Shown here piece after piece: positions 8,583 through 17,437 of a stretch of 64,000 nucleotides of DNA. The stretch comes from Candidatus Methylarchaceae archaeon HK02M2. Its GTDB lineage: Archaea > Thermoproteota > Nitrososphaeria > Nitrososphaerales > JACAEJ01. Within the stretch, counting starts at the first letter, position 1; each line of letters opens with the position of its first letter. The stretch lies in the NCBI GenBank assembly GCA_024256165.1, contig JAKLZG010000091.1, positions 8,045 through 72,044 on the forward strand, read 5' to 3'. The notes under the pieces were generated by a model. The model was not told the DNA's origin and searched no databases. It saw nothing but the letters and a program-made list of their open reading frames with translations. The translations under genes and the position numbers were made by a program.

Positions 8583-10452
8583 GACCACTCCTCCTCTCAC
8601 GGAAAGTACTCATGTAAAATACAAACCTCCTCAAATCCGGATTATTGGCAATCCAGATGCCAGTGGAATTAACGATCCTCCTAATTTCACTATTGTGCCA
8701 TTTGGCAACCTTATCCGCGATGAATAATGGCATGTTATGTCCGAAGACCTCAGGGATGCTAGAATTGGTCATCGCCTTCAACATAACCACGATCATATTC
8801 TGCAATTCATTAACAACTCCTCGATCCTTATATAACATCGCTTCAACTGGCTCAACAGCCCCACCATAACACTGCTTAAACCTAACCAACACATCCTCCC
8901 TCAGATCATATTCAGGATATACTAATCGATCCATGAAGAGAACATTACTCCTAAGTCTTGGATCAGACCTAGCTTCAGAAAGTTGGATATACGTCTTTAG
9001 AAATGTCCTTTCTGGACTGATTCTGTTGCGTATAGCGCCACTTGCATATCCAGGTCTTCTTTTCTCAAGCTCAGGTATGATCATACGGAAGGCGGAATCG
9101 TATTCGATGAGGCTCCATGGAGTAGGTAGCTTTTCATAATTATAGATGCTCACATACTGAAGCAACATCCGATCTGTATTGGGGGCTTCATCTAAATCTT
9201 CTTGGGACAAAGGGTAGCTCCATATCTTCTCGTTTAGGCAGACAGGGATCAGATGGGTTTTAAAATCTCTAGCTACCGTATCCTTTGTAATTCCTAAAAG
9301 GAGGATACGATGTTTCCAACATTCCTCAACTAACATATAGAGGCTGAAGAGGGAAAGGAATGCCATGTCTAAAGTCGTAAGCCAGCACTTCGCTCCATCC
9401 TTCTCTACTTGCAATGGATTCCTAGAGGAGTCGGCCTCGAACAGCTGCCTGCCAACCGACTCAACCAAGCCCTTTACTCTATCCCATGAATTCTTATATT
9501 TGGAAGCTACCTTGTATATTCCTCTGTTCTCTTGGAGGTAACCCTCTTTTAATGATCGAGATATAAACCGCGTAACCCTTTTTCGCCTATCCTTAGAATC
9601 TATGCTCAATTCTGTACAGATCCCATCTAGATCAAGAGGCCCAATATTCTCCAATAGGTAGGCAACAGAGTATCGCAGATAGTCACCTCTGGGGGGTGGA
9701 AGGTGGAGAGCAGAATTCACTATCCTGTGCCTGTTATATGCCAAGTCGTTGATATCAACCTCAACACCGTCTACATCAAATCCAAGGATAGCGCAGGTGT
9801 TCCAAAGCCTTCTACGCCGAGTATCGTAGACAAGGCTACTCTGCATATTACTGAGGCTGCGGTCCATAAGTAGAATCCTGACTTTGCCCAAGGAATCCTT
9901 CGCCAGTTTATAGGCCAAATAGAACTCGCTGAAGGTCATTATCCAGTTGGCGATGGATGAGTTGTTGATCACCATCTCATCTGTCAGTGGTCTTGCAACC
10001 GTCAACCCTGCACCGCTGGCTAGTTCCATAAAGGCCTGTTCCGCTTCTACAACCTCGTTCACATACATGGGAACGCAACTTGAAATCCCAACCCCCTCCT
10101 TCGAGAACTGGGTTGTGGAATATTCTAGCTCCAGTTCACTGTCTCCAAACTCGATTGTTCCCTTTGATGCATAGGATCCACCAAAAAAGATAACTAGGTC
10201 AAACATGGGTCTAGTATACTCCGTACCATCCACTGCGGCGAAACCAACTTTCCTTGAATCGAAGAAAGTCTCAGCTGTTTTAGCCACATCTTTAAAGCTG
10301 AAATCCTTCTTAATCAAATCCTGGAGAAAACTATCATAGATGTCTTTGATAGAGTCAAACTTTCTCCTATAGTCTACTATCTGTTCTGAGGCACCTTTCC
10401 GAAGGATGTCGCCGGCCCGCTTGAATTGGGAACTAATAAAAGATCTCTCCAT
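8557..10452 (-). CDS. Enlarged NurA-family nuclease with internal winged-helix-like insertion
   Basis: AAVDGT, conserved helix Glu (FSEFYLA), LLMDRSL, LGITKD, GHN.PLFIADKVAK; overlaps the herA start. Confidence 0.75.
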   Translation of the reverse strand: MERSFISSQFKRAGDILRKGASEQIVDYRRKFDSIKDIYDSFLQDLIKKDFSFKDVAKTAETFFDSRKVGFAAVDGTEYTRPMFDLVIFFGGSYASKGTIEFGDSELELEYSTTQFSKEGVGISSCVPMYVNEVVEAEQAFMELASGAGLTVARPLTDEMVINNSSIANWIMTFSEFYLAYKLAKDSLGKVRILLMDRSLSNMQSSLVYDTRRRRLWNTCAILGFDVDGVEVDINDLAYNRHRIVNSALHLPPPRGDYLRYSVAYLLENIGPLDLDGICTELSIDSKDRRKRVTRFISRSLKEGYLQENRGIYKVASKYKNSWDRVKGLVESVGRQLFEADSSRNPLQVEKDGAKCWLTTLDMAFLSLFSLYMLVEECWKHRILLLGITKDTVARDFKTHLIPVCLNEKIWSYPLSQEDLDEAPNTDRMLLQYVSIYNYEKLPTPWSLIEYDSAFRMIIPELEKRRPGYASGAIRNRISPERTFLKTYIQLSEARSDPRLRSNVLFMDRLVYPEYDLREDVLVRFKQCYGGAVEPVEAMLYKDRGVVNELQNMIVVMLKAMTNSSIPEVFGHNMPLFIADKVAKWHNSEIRRIVNSTGIWIANNPDLRRFVFYMSTFRERRSGLESGRRET

Positions 10453-10536
10453 CTTCCTTTCTATTTAAAGGAATACTTAAAAAGGCACTCTCTTATTTTA
10501 AGAAAAGTTTATGAAGATCATCTAAAATGAAATACA

Positions 10537-11103
10537 TTGATGGATCTTATCCAATGGATATTGCTGATTATTGTTGTATTAACCTTTGTCGGCCTAATAT
10601 TGTACTTTATTTTCATCTACAACAGATTCTATAGGCTTAGGAACTCTGCAGACGCAACATTAGGACAGATAAGGGTTGCCATGAAGAAAAGGCTCGATAT
10701 GATTGAACAATTGCTTAATTCTGTTAAAAGCTATGCCAAGTTTGAGCGAGAGGTTTTTGAGAAAGTAACAAATCTAAGAACAGAAGTCTTTAAAACAGGT
10801 GCCGCAGGACTGCAGGAGATCGATCGCGAGTCGAGAAAGATCCTTGGCAATATTGTTGCAGTGGCCGAGAACTACCCCGATCTGAAGACCTCAAGCACCG
10901 TAACCGATTTGATGGGAGCAGTTAAGTCGGTAGAGGACGAGATCGCAAGGCAGAGGTACACATACAACAATATAGTCCAAGAGTTTAATATACTCACTGA
11001 TACAGTCCCGTCTAACTTTGTTGCGAGGATTATAGGTATGATTAAATTAAATTATCTAAAGTTCGAAGAGGAGATAACGAGACCGCCAACGATAGAGTTC
11101 TGA
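10537..11103 (+). CDS. lemA: LemA family protein
   Basis: N-terminal TM, YN....RN, KKR.D.I..L...[19 protein letters not shown]. Confidence 0.93.
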   Translation: MMDLIQWILLIIVVLTFVGLILYFIFIYNRFYRLRNSADATLGQIRVAMKKRLDMIEQLLNSVKSYAKFEREVFEKVTNLRTEVFKTGAAGLQEIDRESRKILGNIVAVAENYPDLKTSSTVTDLMGAVKSVEDEIARQRYTYNNIVQEFNILTDTVPSNFVARIIGMIKLNYLKFEEEITRPPTIEF

Positions 11104-11111
11104 GAATATCA

Positions 11112-12932
11112 ATGTTAGAAAAAAAACAGATAGCAACCCTTTTTTTTCTAACTATTTTCATTGGGGTTGCAGGATTTGTTATTATAGACTACTTATCACA
11201 GTCTTTGTTTATTGAAGAGGTTGTGGTTGATGAATACCAAGCCACTCTGTACCTTAACGGGACTCTCGTAGAAAGATACACATACAATATTGGAGTATCC
11301 AATAAGTATCGTATGCTTTACAGGTTTTGGGAGGCGCCTCTTTCATTCAGTGACTTGGACGAACCGTACATAGAAGTACTCAAAGTGAATGAGCCGGATG
11401 GTACAATCTCATATGCAAAGGATCATCTTGGTAATGTTCAGATTTTCACTGAAGGGGGAGACCAAAATTATAATACCATCAGTTGGTTAGCCGAGGAAAA
11501 TGAAGCAGGGGTATTCAATCCTTATTATTTTAGTTCAGGAACCTATTCTGTGGAATATGTTTTCAAATTACATCCGCCAATAGAGTACGACAGCGAGTTA
11601 TGCCATCTTAATATCAAGCTAGCTTCAAACCACTTACCATACCGAAAAGTGATTCTCACTATAGAAAACGCAGGGTACATCGAGGCACTTTATCCTCACC
11701 CACCCTTGATGCAGGTATCTAATTTGAATGATAAAAAGATTATCCAAGGAAGTGCTGCAAAGGATGAACTTATAGAGATAGAAATGCTATTGGACAGAGA
11801 TGCCATTACTCTTATAGATGGTTTCTCACACGAAATCAATGATGTCAGATCAACGACCGTCAACGCTAACTTTTGGTACTCTCTCCAGTACGATCTCGCT
11901 TTGGCATTAGGGTATGCATCTCTACTTTTGGTCTTTATAATCCCTCTCATATTAGTTATAATCTACTTTTATTTTGGTAGAGAAAAGGATTTTGTAGTAC
12001 CTGAATATCTTAGTACAATACCCAATCGGTTAAGAAAATCGTGGATGGTTAACTTATTGTTCAAAAAAGATGCTTTGGACTTCGATGAAGATGGTTTCTA
12101 CGCTACCCTCTTGGATCTACACTTGAAGGGTAAGATTAAAATAAATACTAAAAATGAAGGTTTGACGATTCAAGTTATAGACTCAAGGAGCGATGATAGA
12201 TACGAACATCAAGTTCTGAGGTTCCTTGAGAGTAAATCGAGAGATGGCGTTTTCGAAACAGATTATGTCGAAAGACTCCTAGAAGATCAGAAAAAATCCT
12301 CTAGTGTTGATCCAGAACTCCTTTCAATCAAGGATGAATTGAAGAGTTTGACCAAATTTATTGATAAGAGAACAGCTTCAGAGTTTACGGTCAGTGGAAG
12401 GGGAAGAGTAGCCCGTCTTCTTTTGGTACCTGCTAGTATTCTGTTAGCATCGCTAATTCTGATGCTTTCTGCTCCTTCTGTCTCGTATCTATTAACAGAA
12501 CCGCTTGCCCTATCCGCAGTTGGAGTGATACAGGTAATCGTTGCAGTTATTTTCCCATCGACCCTCTTCGGTAAATGGAAGGGAGATTATTACAAGGAGA
12601 AACTGGAGTGGGACTCTTTCAGGAATTTCCTCTCAGACCTTGCCCAGATAAAGAAGTATGCAACCGAGGATCTATCTATGTGGGGAGAATGGCTGGTATA
12701 CGGAACAGCATTGGGCGTTGGCCAGAAGGTGGCGAATGCTATGAAAGCGCTCAAGATCAACATTCCGGAAGTAGCTATGTTGAGCTATGTCCCTATCTAC
12801 TTCCACCCTGTAATATCGACACCAATACAAACTAGTGGTGGAGGTGTGGGTGGATTCGGTGGAGGTGGATTCGGTGGAGGTGGTGGATTTGGCGGAGGAG
12901 GGGGAGGAGCACGTTTTTCGCCTTTGATTTAA
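11112..12932 (+). CDS. DUF2207-family membrane protein
   Basis: Follows lemA; W..F..FL.D, W..WLVYGTALGV, Gly-rich GGGFGGGGGG tail. Confidence 0.85.
   Translation: MLEKKQIATLFFLTIFIGVAGFVIIDYLSQSLFIEEVVVDEYQATLYLNGTLVERYTYNIGVSNKYRMLYRFWEAPLSFSDLDEPYIEVLKVNEPDGTISYAKDHLGNVQIFTEGGDQNYNTISWLAEENEAGVFNPYYFSSGTYSVEYVFKLHPPIEYDSELCHLNIKLASNHLPYRKVILTIENAGYIEALYPHPPLMQVSNLNDKKIIQGSAAKDELIEIEMLLDRDAITLIDGFSHEINDVRSTTVNANFWYSLQYDLALALGYASLLLVFIIPLILVIIYFYFGREKDFVVPEYLSTIPNRLRKSWMVNLLFKKDALDFDEDGFYATLLDLHLKGKIKINTKNEGLTIQVIDSRSDDRYEHQVLRFLESKSRDGVFETDYVERLLEDQKKSSSVDPELLSIKDELKSLTKFIDKRTASEFTVSGRGRVARLLLVPASILLASLILMLSAPSVSYLLTEPLALSAVGVIQVIVAVIFPSTLFGKWKGDYYKEKLEWDSFRNFLSDLAQIKKYATEDLSMWGEWLVYGTALGVGQKVANAMKALKINIPEVAMLSYVPIYFHPVISTPIQTSGGGVGGFGGGGFGGGGGFGGGGGGARFSPLI
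12836..12909 (+). repeat. Gly-coding tandem repeat (GGTGGATTCGGTGGA units) in the DUF2207 tail
   Basis: Directly visible 15-nt repeats. Confidence 0.8.
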
Positions 12933-13017
12933 TATTTACGTGGTAGGAGGACCAATCTTTGAAGGTCTTGGAACAGGATTTTGTTTTCTCCAAACCTTCA
13001 AATGTTAACAAGTAACT

Positions 13018-13335
13018 TTATTCTTTTCTTTCAACAATTATTTTGCAATTTGTAGCTAAAGCAGTTATAGCACCTAAAGCAGCGAGCCAAGGAGCAAGCA
13101 GAACGCCGATAACTCCGACAGTAGCAGGTATTTCAAGCAATACCTTCCCTTTGTCATCCTTAACAATTATCCTATTGACATTTCCCTCATGAAGTAACTC
13201 CTTAACCTTTTCAATAAGGTTGTCAGAGGAAACCGACATTTCCTCTATAACCACTTTAGTAACTGGGGAACCACAAGTAGGACAGAATTTATCGTCTTCT
13301 TTTAACTTTATTCCGCATTTACTACAATAAGGCAG
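13018..13335 (-). CDS. Zinc-ribbon + DUF4342 protein; probable CTG start at 13335
   Basis: (M)PYCSKCG...KFCPTCGS lies in frame upstream of the EKVKELLHEGNV.RIIVK...LLEIP..VG DUF4342 motif; SD AGGTGA upstream. Confidence 0.85.
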   Translation of the reverse strand: MPYCSKCGIKLKEDDKFCPTCGSPVTKVVIEEMSVSSDNLIEKVKELLHEGNVNRIIVKDDKGKVLLEIPATVGVIGVLLAPWLAALGAITALATNCKIIVERKE

Positions 13336-13386
13336 AATTTTTTCACCTATATAAAGTAAAATGAATTTTATATAAAAAAATTCTTA

Positions 13387-13593
13387 TTACGTTATCTTGT
13401 AAACGAACATGGGTTTTGCAAGGAAATTTATCATTATTTTCAAAATAATATTAAATTTTATAATTCTACCTATAAGTTTGATCCTATCCTTTAACTTACA
13501 ACCAAAGTATGTTCCTTTTCCATAAGATGGATAAGGACCACAATAAATTCCACATGAAGACACTAAGTTTATTATCCTATCCCTTATAATCAA
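13387..13593 (-). pseudogene. Decayed DUF3795-like Cys-rich gene
   Basis: LVSSCGIYCGPYPSY.KGTYFGC resembles CG..C..C...C.GC with two Cys replaced by Tyr; truncated. Confidence 0.45.
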
Positions 13594-13602
13594 TCTTTTG
13601 TA

Positions 13603-14448
13603 TTGGAAAAAAAAATAAAAATTTATTCGTCAAATATGGAGTCGGAAATGCTTAAAGTTCCAAAAGAATCTAAAGAAGCGGTAAAGGTAGAAAAAGCGAT
13701 AGAAGAAGCCCAAGAAGAGACAAAAGTGATAGCGATACTTCCTTCTAAAAATGAAGATAAAACTATAGGTCAATGTATAGAGACGGTAAAGAAGAGTAAG
13801 TACCATCCAACTGTAATAGTAGCAGATGGTCATTCTACAGACAAAACTAGGGATATAGCAGAAGAAGCTGGAGTTAAGGTCGTTATATCTCCTAGAAGGA
13901 TACACCCTGGCAAGGGTCTAGCCATGAAGACTGGCCTACAAGCGGCTTTGAAGGAAAACCCTGACATAGTTCTTTTTATGGACGCTGACCTAGAAAACCT
14001 TACGAGTGAATGGGTCGATAAGCTTGTAGACGGCATCATCGTAGACGGATTCGATATGACCCGAGGCTCTTACTACAGGGCCCCTAGAGATGCTGCCGTA
14101 ACAAAACTTGTAGCAAAAAGACTCCTTTGGGTATTCTTCCCAGAAATTTCCCACTTCGATCAACCTTTAACTGGAGAGGTAGCAGCTAAGACACAGGTAT
14201 GGCAGGAAATGTTAAATGGAAAATTACCCGACGGCTGGGGAATTGATGTTACAATGTTAATAGAAACGGAGATGATGGGTTACAGGATAAAGGAAGTGTA
14301 CCTTGGCTACAAGCAACATAGGTCTTATAGGCGATATAGTGAAGATCCAGGAAAGCTTGGGAGGATGGCAGAGCAGGTGGCTATCGCAATTCTCAAGCTC
14401 GCAAAGAAGCATGGAAGAATCGACAATATTGACAATATTCATTGCTAG
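13603..14448 (+). CDS. gpgS: GT-A glycosyltransferase, glucosyl-3-phosphoglycerate synthase-like (start uncertain)
   Basis: P..NE..TI, D..S.D.T, GKG.AM, F.DADL, VT.LVA..LL...FPE...F.QPL.GE, GWG.D. Confidence 0.75.
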   Translation: MEKKIKIYSSNMESEMLKVPKESKEAVKVEKAIEEAQEETKVIAILPSKNEDKTIGQCIETVKKSKYHPTVIVADGHSTDKTRDIAEEAGVKVVISPRRIHPGKGLAMKTGLQAALKENPDIVLFMDADLENLTSEWVDKLVDGIIVDGFDMTRGSYYRAPRDAAVTKLVAKRLLWVFFPEISHFDQPLTGEVAAKTQVWQEMLNGKLPDGWGIDVTMLIETEMMGYRIKEVYLGYKQHRSYRRYSEDPGKLGRMAEQVAIAILKLAKKHGRIDNIDNIHC

Positions 14449-14596
14449 CAAGATAAAAGATGTTGATTGATACTTAATCGATATTAGATAGCTAACTAAT
14501 TTTCTACCATAAAAAAGTAGGGGAAATTATTATTCATTTAAGAGCCATTTAAATGAATATAATTTTTTTATATACCTTTAATTTTATTTTCTCGAT

Positions 14597-15184
14597 ATGA
14601 AGATACTTCCTGAAATAAAGAGACGTAAAAGTGCCCTCGTTTTCAAGGAAGAAGATGTAGAAAAGGAAAAGATCGATGCAATTATTGAAGCTGCGAGGTG
14701 GGCACCCTCCTGTGCTAACAATCAGTCTTGGAATTACGTTTTTGTGCATAAAACTGATTCGACACGTAAAAATCTAGAAGATGCATTATCAATCGGTAAT
14801 GGATGGGCGAAGAAGGCCCCATACTTAGTTGCTGTTGGGGCTGATCCTGATAAAGATTGTAAAAACAACGATATTCCGTATTACGCGTATGATGCAGGAT
14901 TGAGTGTGATGAACCTTACAATAGAAGCTGAACACCAAGGACTTCGTGTCCATCAGATGGCTGGTTGGAAAGAAGAAAAAGTAAAGAAAGCTTTGGAATA
15001 TCCTGGTAAATACAGAGTTATTGTGGTTTTTGCTATAGGATACGAGTCGGATGTAAAGGAAATCTGGGATCGATTAGAAGAAAAGATTAAAGACAAACTA
15101 GCTAAGCCAAGGAAAAGAAAACCTTTAAGCGATAATTTCTTTTTTGTCTCCTTTGGTAAAGTTGGTTATAATGCGGGCGCATAA
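14597..15184 (+). CDS. Nitroreductase family protein
   Basis: RRKS...F, EAARWAPSCAN.Q.W, D.G....NL...A...GL..H.M.G. Confidence 0.92.
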   Translation: MKILPEIKRRKSALVFKEEDVEKEKIDAIIEAARWAPSCANNQSWNYVFVHKTDSTRKNLEDALSIGNGWAKKAPYLVAVGADPDKDCKNNDIPYYAYDAGLSVMNLTIEAEHQGLRVHQMAGWKEEKVKKALEYPGKYRVIVVFAIGYESDVKEIWDRLEEKIKDKLAKPRKRKPLSDNFFFVSFGKVGYNAGA

Positions 15185-15248
15185 AAAAGCCTTTAGGGAT
15201 TTCTACACCTATTATAAAGAAAATTGCTTTTTAAATGCAAATATTCTT

Positions 15249-15998
15249 CTAACTCAAGCCATCTAAGAAAGCTCGGACGTTACTTCCAAGGACTTTATGG
15301 TTGTAACCTCCTTCTAAGACAGCGTAGACCCGTCCTTCACATTTTTTTCCAGCATTCTCCTTAAGAATTTCACCTATTATTCTATAATCTTGAGTGCTTA
15401 GCAAACCTCCCCAATCTTCCTGATGCCTATCAAACCCGGCTGAGACAGATATTATATCGTAATTTTTTTCTGATCTGAGAAAATCGTTTAAGGCTTCCAA
15501 ACTTTTGTTAAAGGGTAAATGGAAATATTTTACATTATTAACTGTGCGAAATATATTGTCCGTTCCATCCCCAAAGTGCAAATCAAAGTCAACAATTACT
15601 ACGTTTTTTATAATCTCATATTGAATTAATTTTTGAACAGATATTGCTAAATTATTAAAATAGCAGAATCCCCAGCTTGAATCTCTACTTGCATGATGTC
15701 CAGGTGGCCTTATTAGTCCAAAAGCAGGCTCTCCACTCATAGTTATCTCAGCAGCCTTTATAGCGCCTCCAACTGCTAATAAGGCAACTTCATAGATAGT
15801 TTTTTGGCTTTTTACGAATCGTATATGTTTAGATGAATGTATCGAGCTTAAATTTTCATCAGTTGCAGGTATCGCACTGATGAAATCATATCGATCTTTA
15901 ATAGCTTCACGGATGCTCTCAATTCTACCAGATTCAGCAGCAGGGTCGTGTGTATAAACCTCGCAGTAACGCTCATGGTAAACTACCTTCATAGCCAT
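15249..15998 (-). CDS. Histone deacetylase/AcuC-family amidohydrolase
   Basis: RPPGHHA, GFCYFNN, DFDLHFGDGT, SAGFD, LEGGY. Confidence 0.93.
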   Translation of the reverse strand: MAMKVVYHERYCEVYTHDPAAESGRIESIREAIKDRYDFISAIPATDENLSSIHSSKHIRFVKSQKTIYEVALLAVGGAIKAAEITMSGEPAFGLIRPPGHHASRDSSWGFCYFNNLAISVQKLIQYEIIKNVVIVDFDLHFGDGTDNIFRTVNNVKYFHLPFNKSLEALNDFLRSEKNYDIISVSAGFDRHQEDWGGLLSTQDYRIIGEILKENAGKKCEGRVYAVLEGGYNHKVLGSNVRAFLDGLS

Positions 15999-16136
15999 TA
16001 TTCACAATTATAAAATGACGATATTGTACAATTTATATGATTTTGACATCGTTAAAATATAAGATAATTTATCGACAGTTCAATCAAACGGAACTTAATA
16101 TTTCTAAAATATCTTTGTTCTTTTGTAAAAATAAAG

Positions 16137-16211
16137 TGGACCGGACGGGATTCGAACCCGTGATCTCCGCCTTGCGAAGACGGCGTCACTACCAGACTGG
16201 ACTACCGGCCC
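16137..16211 (-). tRNA. tRNA-Ala(CGC), no intron
   Basis: GGGCCGG/CCGGTCC-A acceptor with G3:U70; anticodon arm CCGTC-TT-CGC-AA-GGCGG; GTTCGAATC T-loop. Confidence 0.96.
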
Positions 16212-16238
16212 GAATTTAATAAATATTGTTAGATTAAT

Positions 16239-16320
16239 AATGGCTTCCTTGGCGCACAGCGCTTATATCGTCATCCCGAAATAGGTCAGTTCGCCCGTCG
16301 AACGAACGCTGAACGCCATT
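16239..16320 (-). ncRNA. Candidate structured K-turn / box C/D-like sRNA
   Basis: GC-rich island in an AT-rich spacer; stem GGCG..CAGCGTT/AGCGCTG..CGCC; CTGA (16286-16289) and ATGACGA (16268-16274) form a K-turn; 9-nt antisense to SSU rRNA CGCCCGUCG. Confidence 0.6.
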
Positions 16321-16546
16321 AAGACCAAATAAGATATTCCTCAAGTATCTATTAATTGTTTTTCAAGAAACATATAGTTGGTGGATATTGATATTATTTT
16401 AATAAAATGTTCTTTTTGTAATGCTTTGAAAAAAGCCTTTTGATAATAGTTTTACTTCAATATTTAAGACTAATTAATATATATAGATTATATAGTGAAA
16501 TAGAGATAAAATAGAATATTGAGGTAAGAGATATATTTCTACTCTT

Positions 16547-17386
16547 TTGAAGATGCCTCAGAGGTTTAATTTGCAACGCAATGCGATAATAGCTGTATTG
16601 GCTATTGTGGTTATAGGTGTCGTTGCATATCAACTATCACAGGTACCAAGAGGATTAATTTGCGCAGGATCAACAACAGTACTGCCGATAACTCAAGAAT
16701 GCGCCCGCCTCTTTATGGAAAAAAATCCAGATGCAAGAATCTCAGTAAGTGGAGGAGGCTCAGGTACGGGAATACAGCAGGTTGGAGACGGTTACATAGA
16801 CATAGGAGCAGCTTCTAGAGACTTGAAGATATCTGAGATAACTAAATGGCCAGACTTGCAAACAGTTGCTATCGGAAAAGACACTATAGTGATTATTGTT
16901 CATCCAAACAATTCAATAGATGATCTAACATTAGAACAAATCGCGAAAATCTTCGCTGGAGAAATAACTGATTGGAGCGAAGTTTTAGGCAATAACGCCC
17001 CGATTAATTTGATTACAAGAGAAGAAGGTTCTGGTACAAGGGGTATATTTGAAGAAATTGTTATGGAGCCCTTTGAAAAAGAGATAGCTGGAGAAGCTTT
17101 AGTTAAACTATATAACGGTGAAGTGAGGGCAGCTGTTGCAACAGACGAGAATGCTATATCATATCTCTCACTAGGATACCTAGATACCACGGTAAAAGGA
17201 ATTACGATAGACGGTGTCGAGGCTAATATTGAGAACATCCTTTCCGAGGATTTTCCAATAATCAGAACTCTTTGGCTAATAACAAAAGGTACGCCTAGTT
17301 CATTGGAACAAGATTTTCTTGATTTTATCCTGAGTGATGAGGGACAGGAAGTTGTAGAAGAATTCGGATATATCAAGGTGAAATAA
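16547..17386 (+). CDS. pstS: Phosphate ABC transporter substrate-binding protein
   Basis: AGSTTVLP, GGGSGTG, DIGAASR, REEGSGTR..F. Confidence 0.95.
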   Translation: MKMPQRFNLQRNAIIAVLAIVVIGVVAYQLSQVPRGLICAGSTTVLPITQECARLFMEKNPDARISVSGGGSGTGIQQVGDGYIDIGAASRDLKISEITKWPDLQTVAIGKDTIVIIVHPNNSIDDLTLEQIAKIFAGEITDWSEVLGNNAPINLITREEGSGTRGIFEEIVMEPFEKEIAGEALVKLYNGEVRAAVATDENAISYLSLGYLDTTVKGITIDGVEANIENILSEDFPIIRTLWLITKGTPSSLEQDFLDFILSDEGQEVVEEFGYIKVK

Positions 17387-17437
17387 AATTTCTAACCTCT
17401 TTTTAAAGAAATAGGTGTTTGTTCAAGGTGAAGAAAA

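Noticed and set aside
12836..12909. Gly-rich repeat as a novel element
   Set aside because: Normal C-terminal tail of DUF2207-type proteins
16037..16219. 60-aa ORF
   Set aside because: Antisense read-through of tRNA-Ala
16239..16320. Hammerhead ribozyme, SECIS, riboswitch or split-tRNA interpretation of the structured element
   Set aside because: No CUGANGA/GAAA core, no adjacent selenoprotein, no known aptamer consensus and no tRNA half; the K-turn/guide reading fits better
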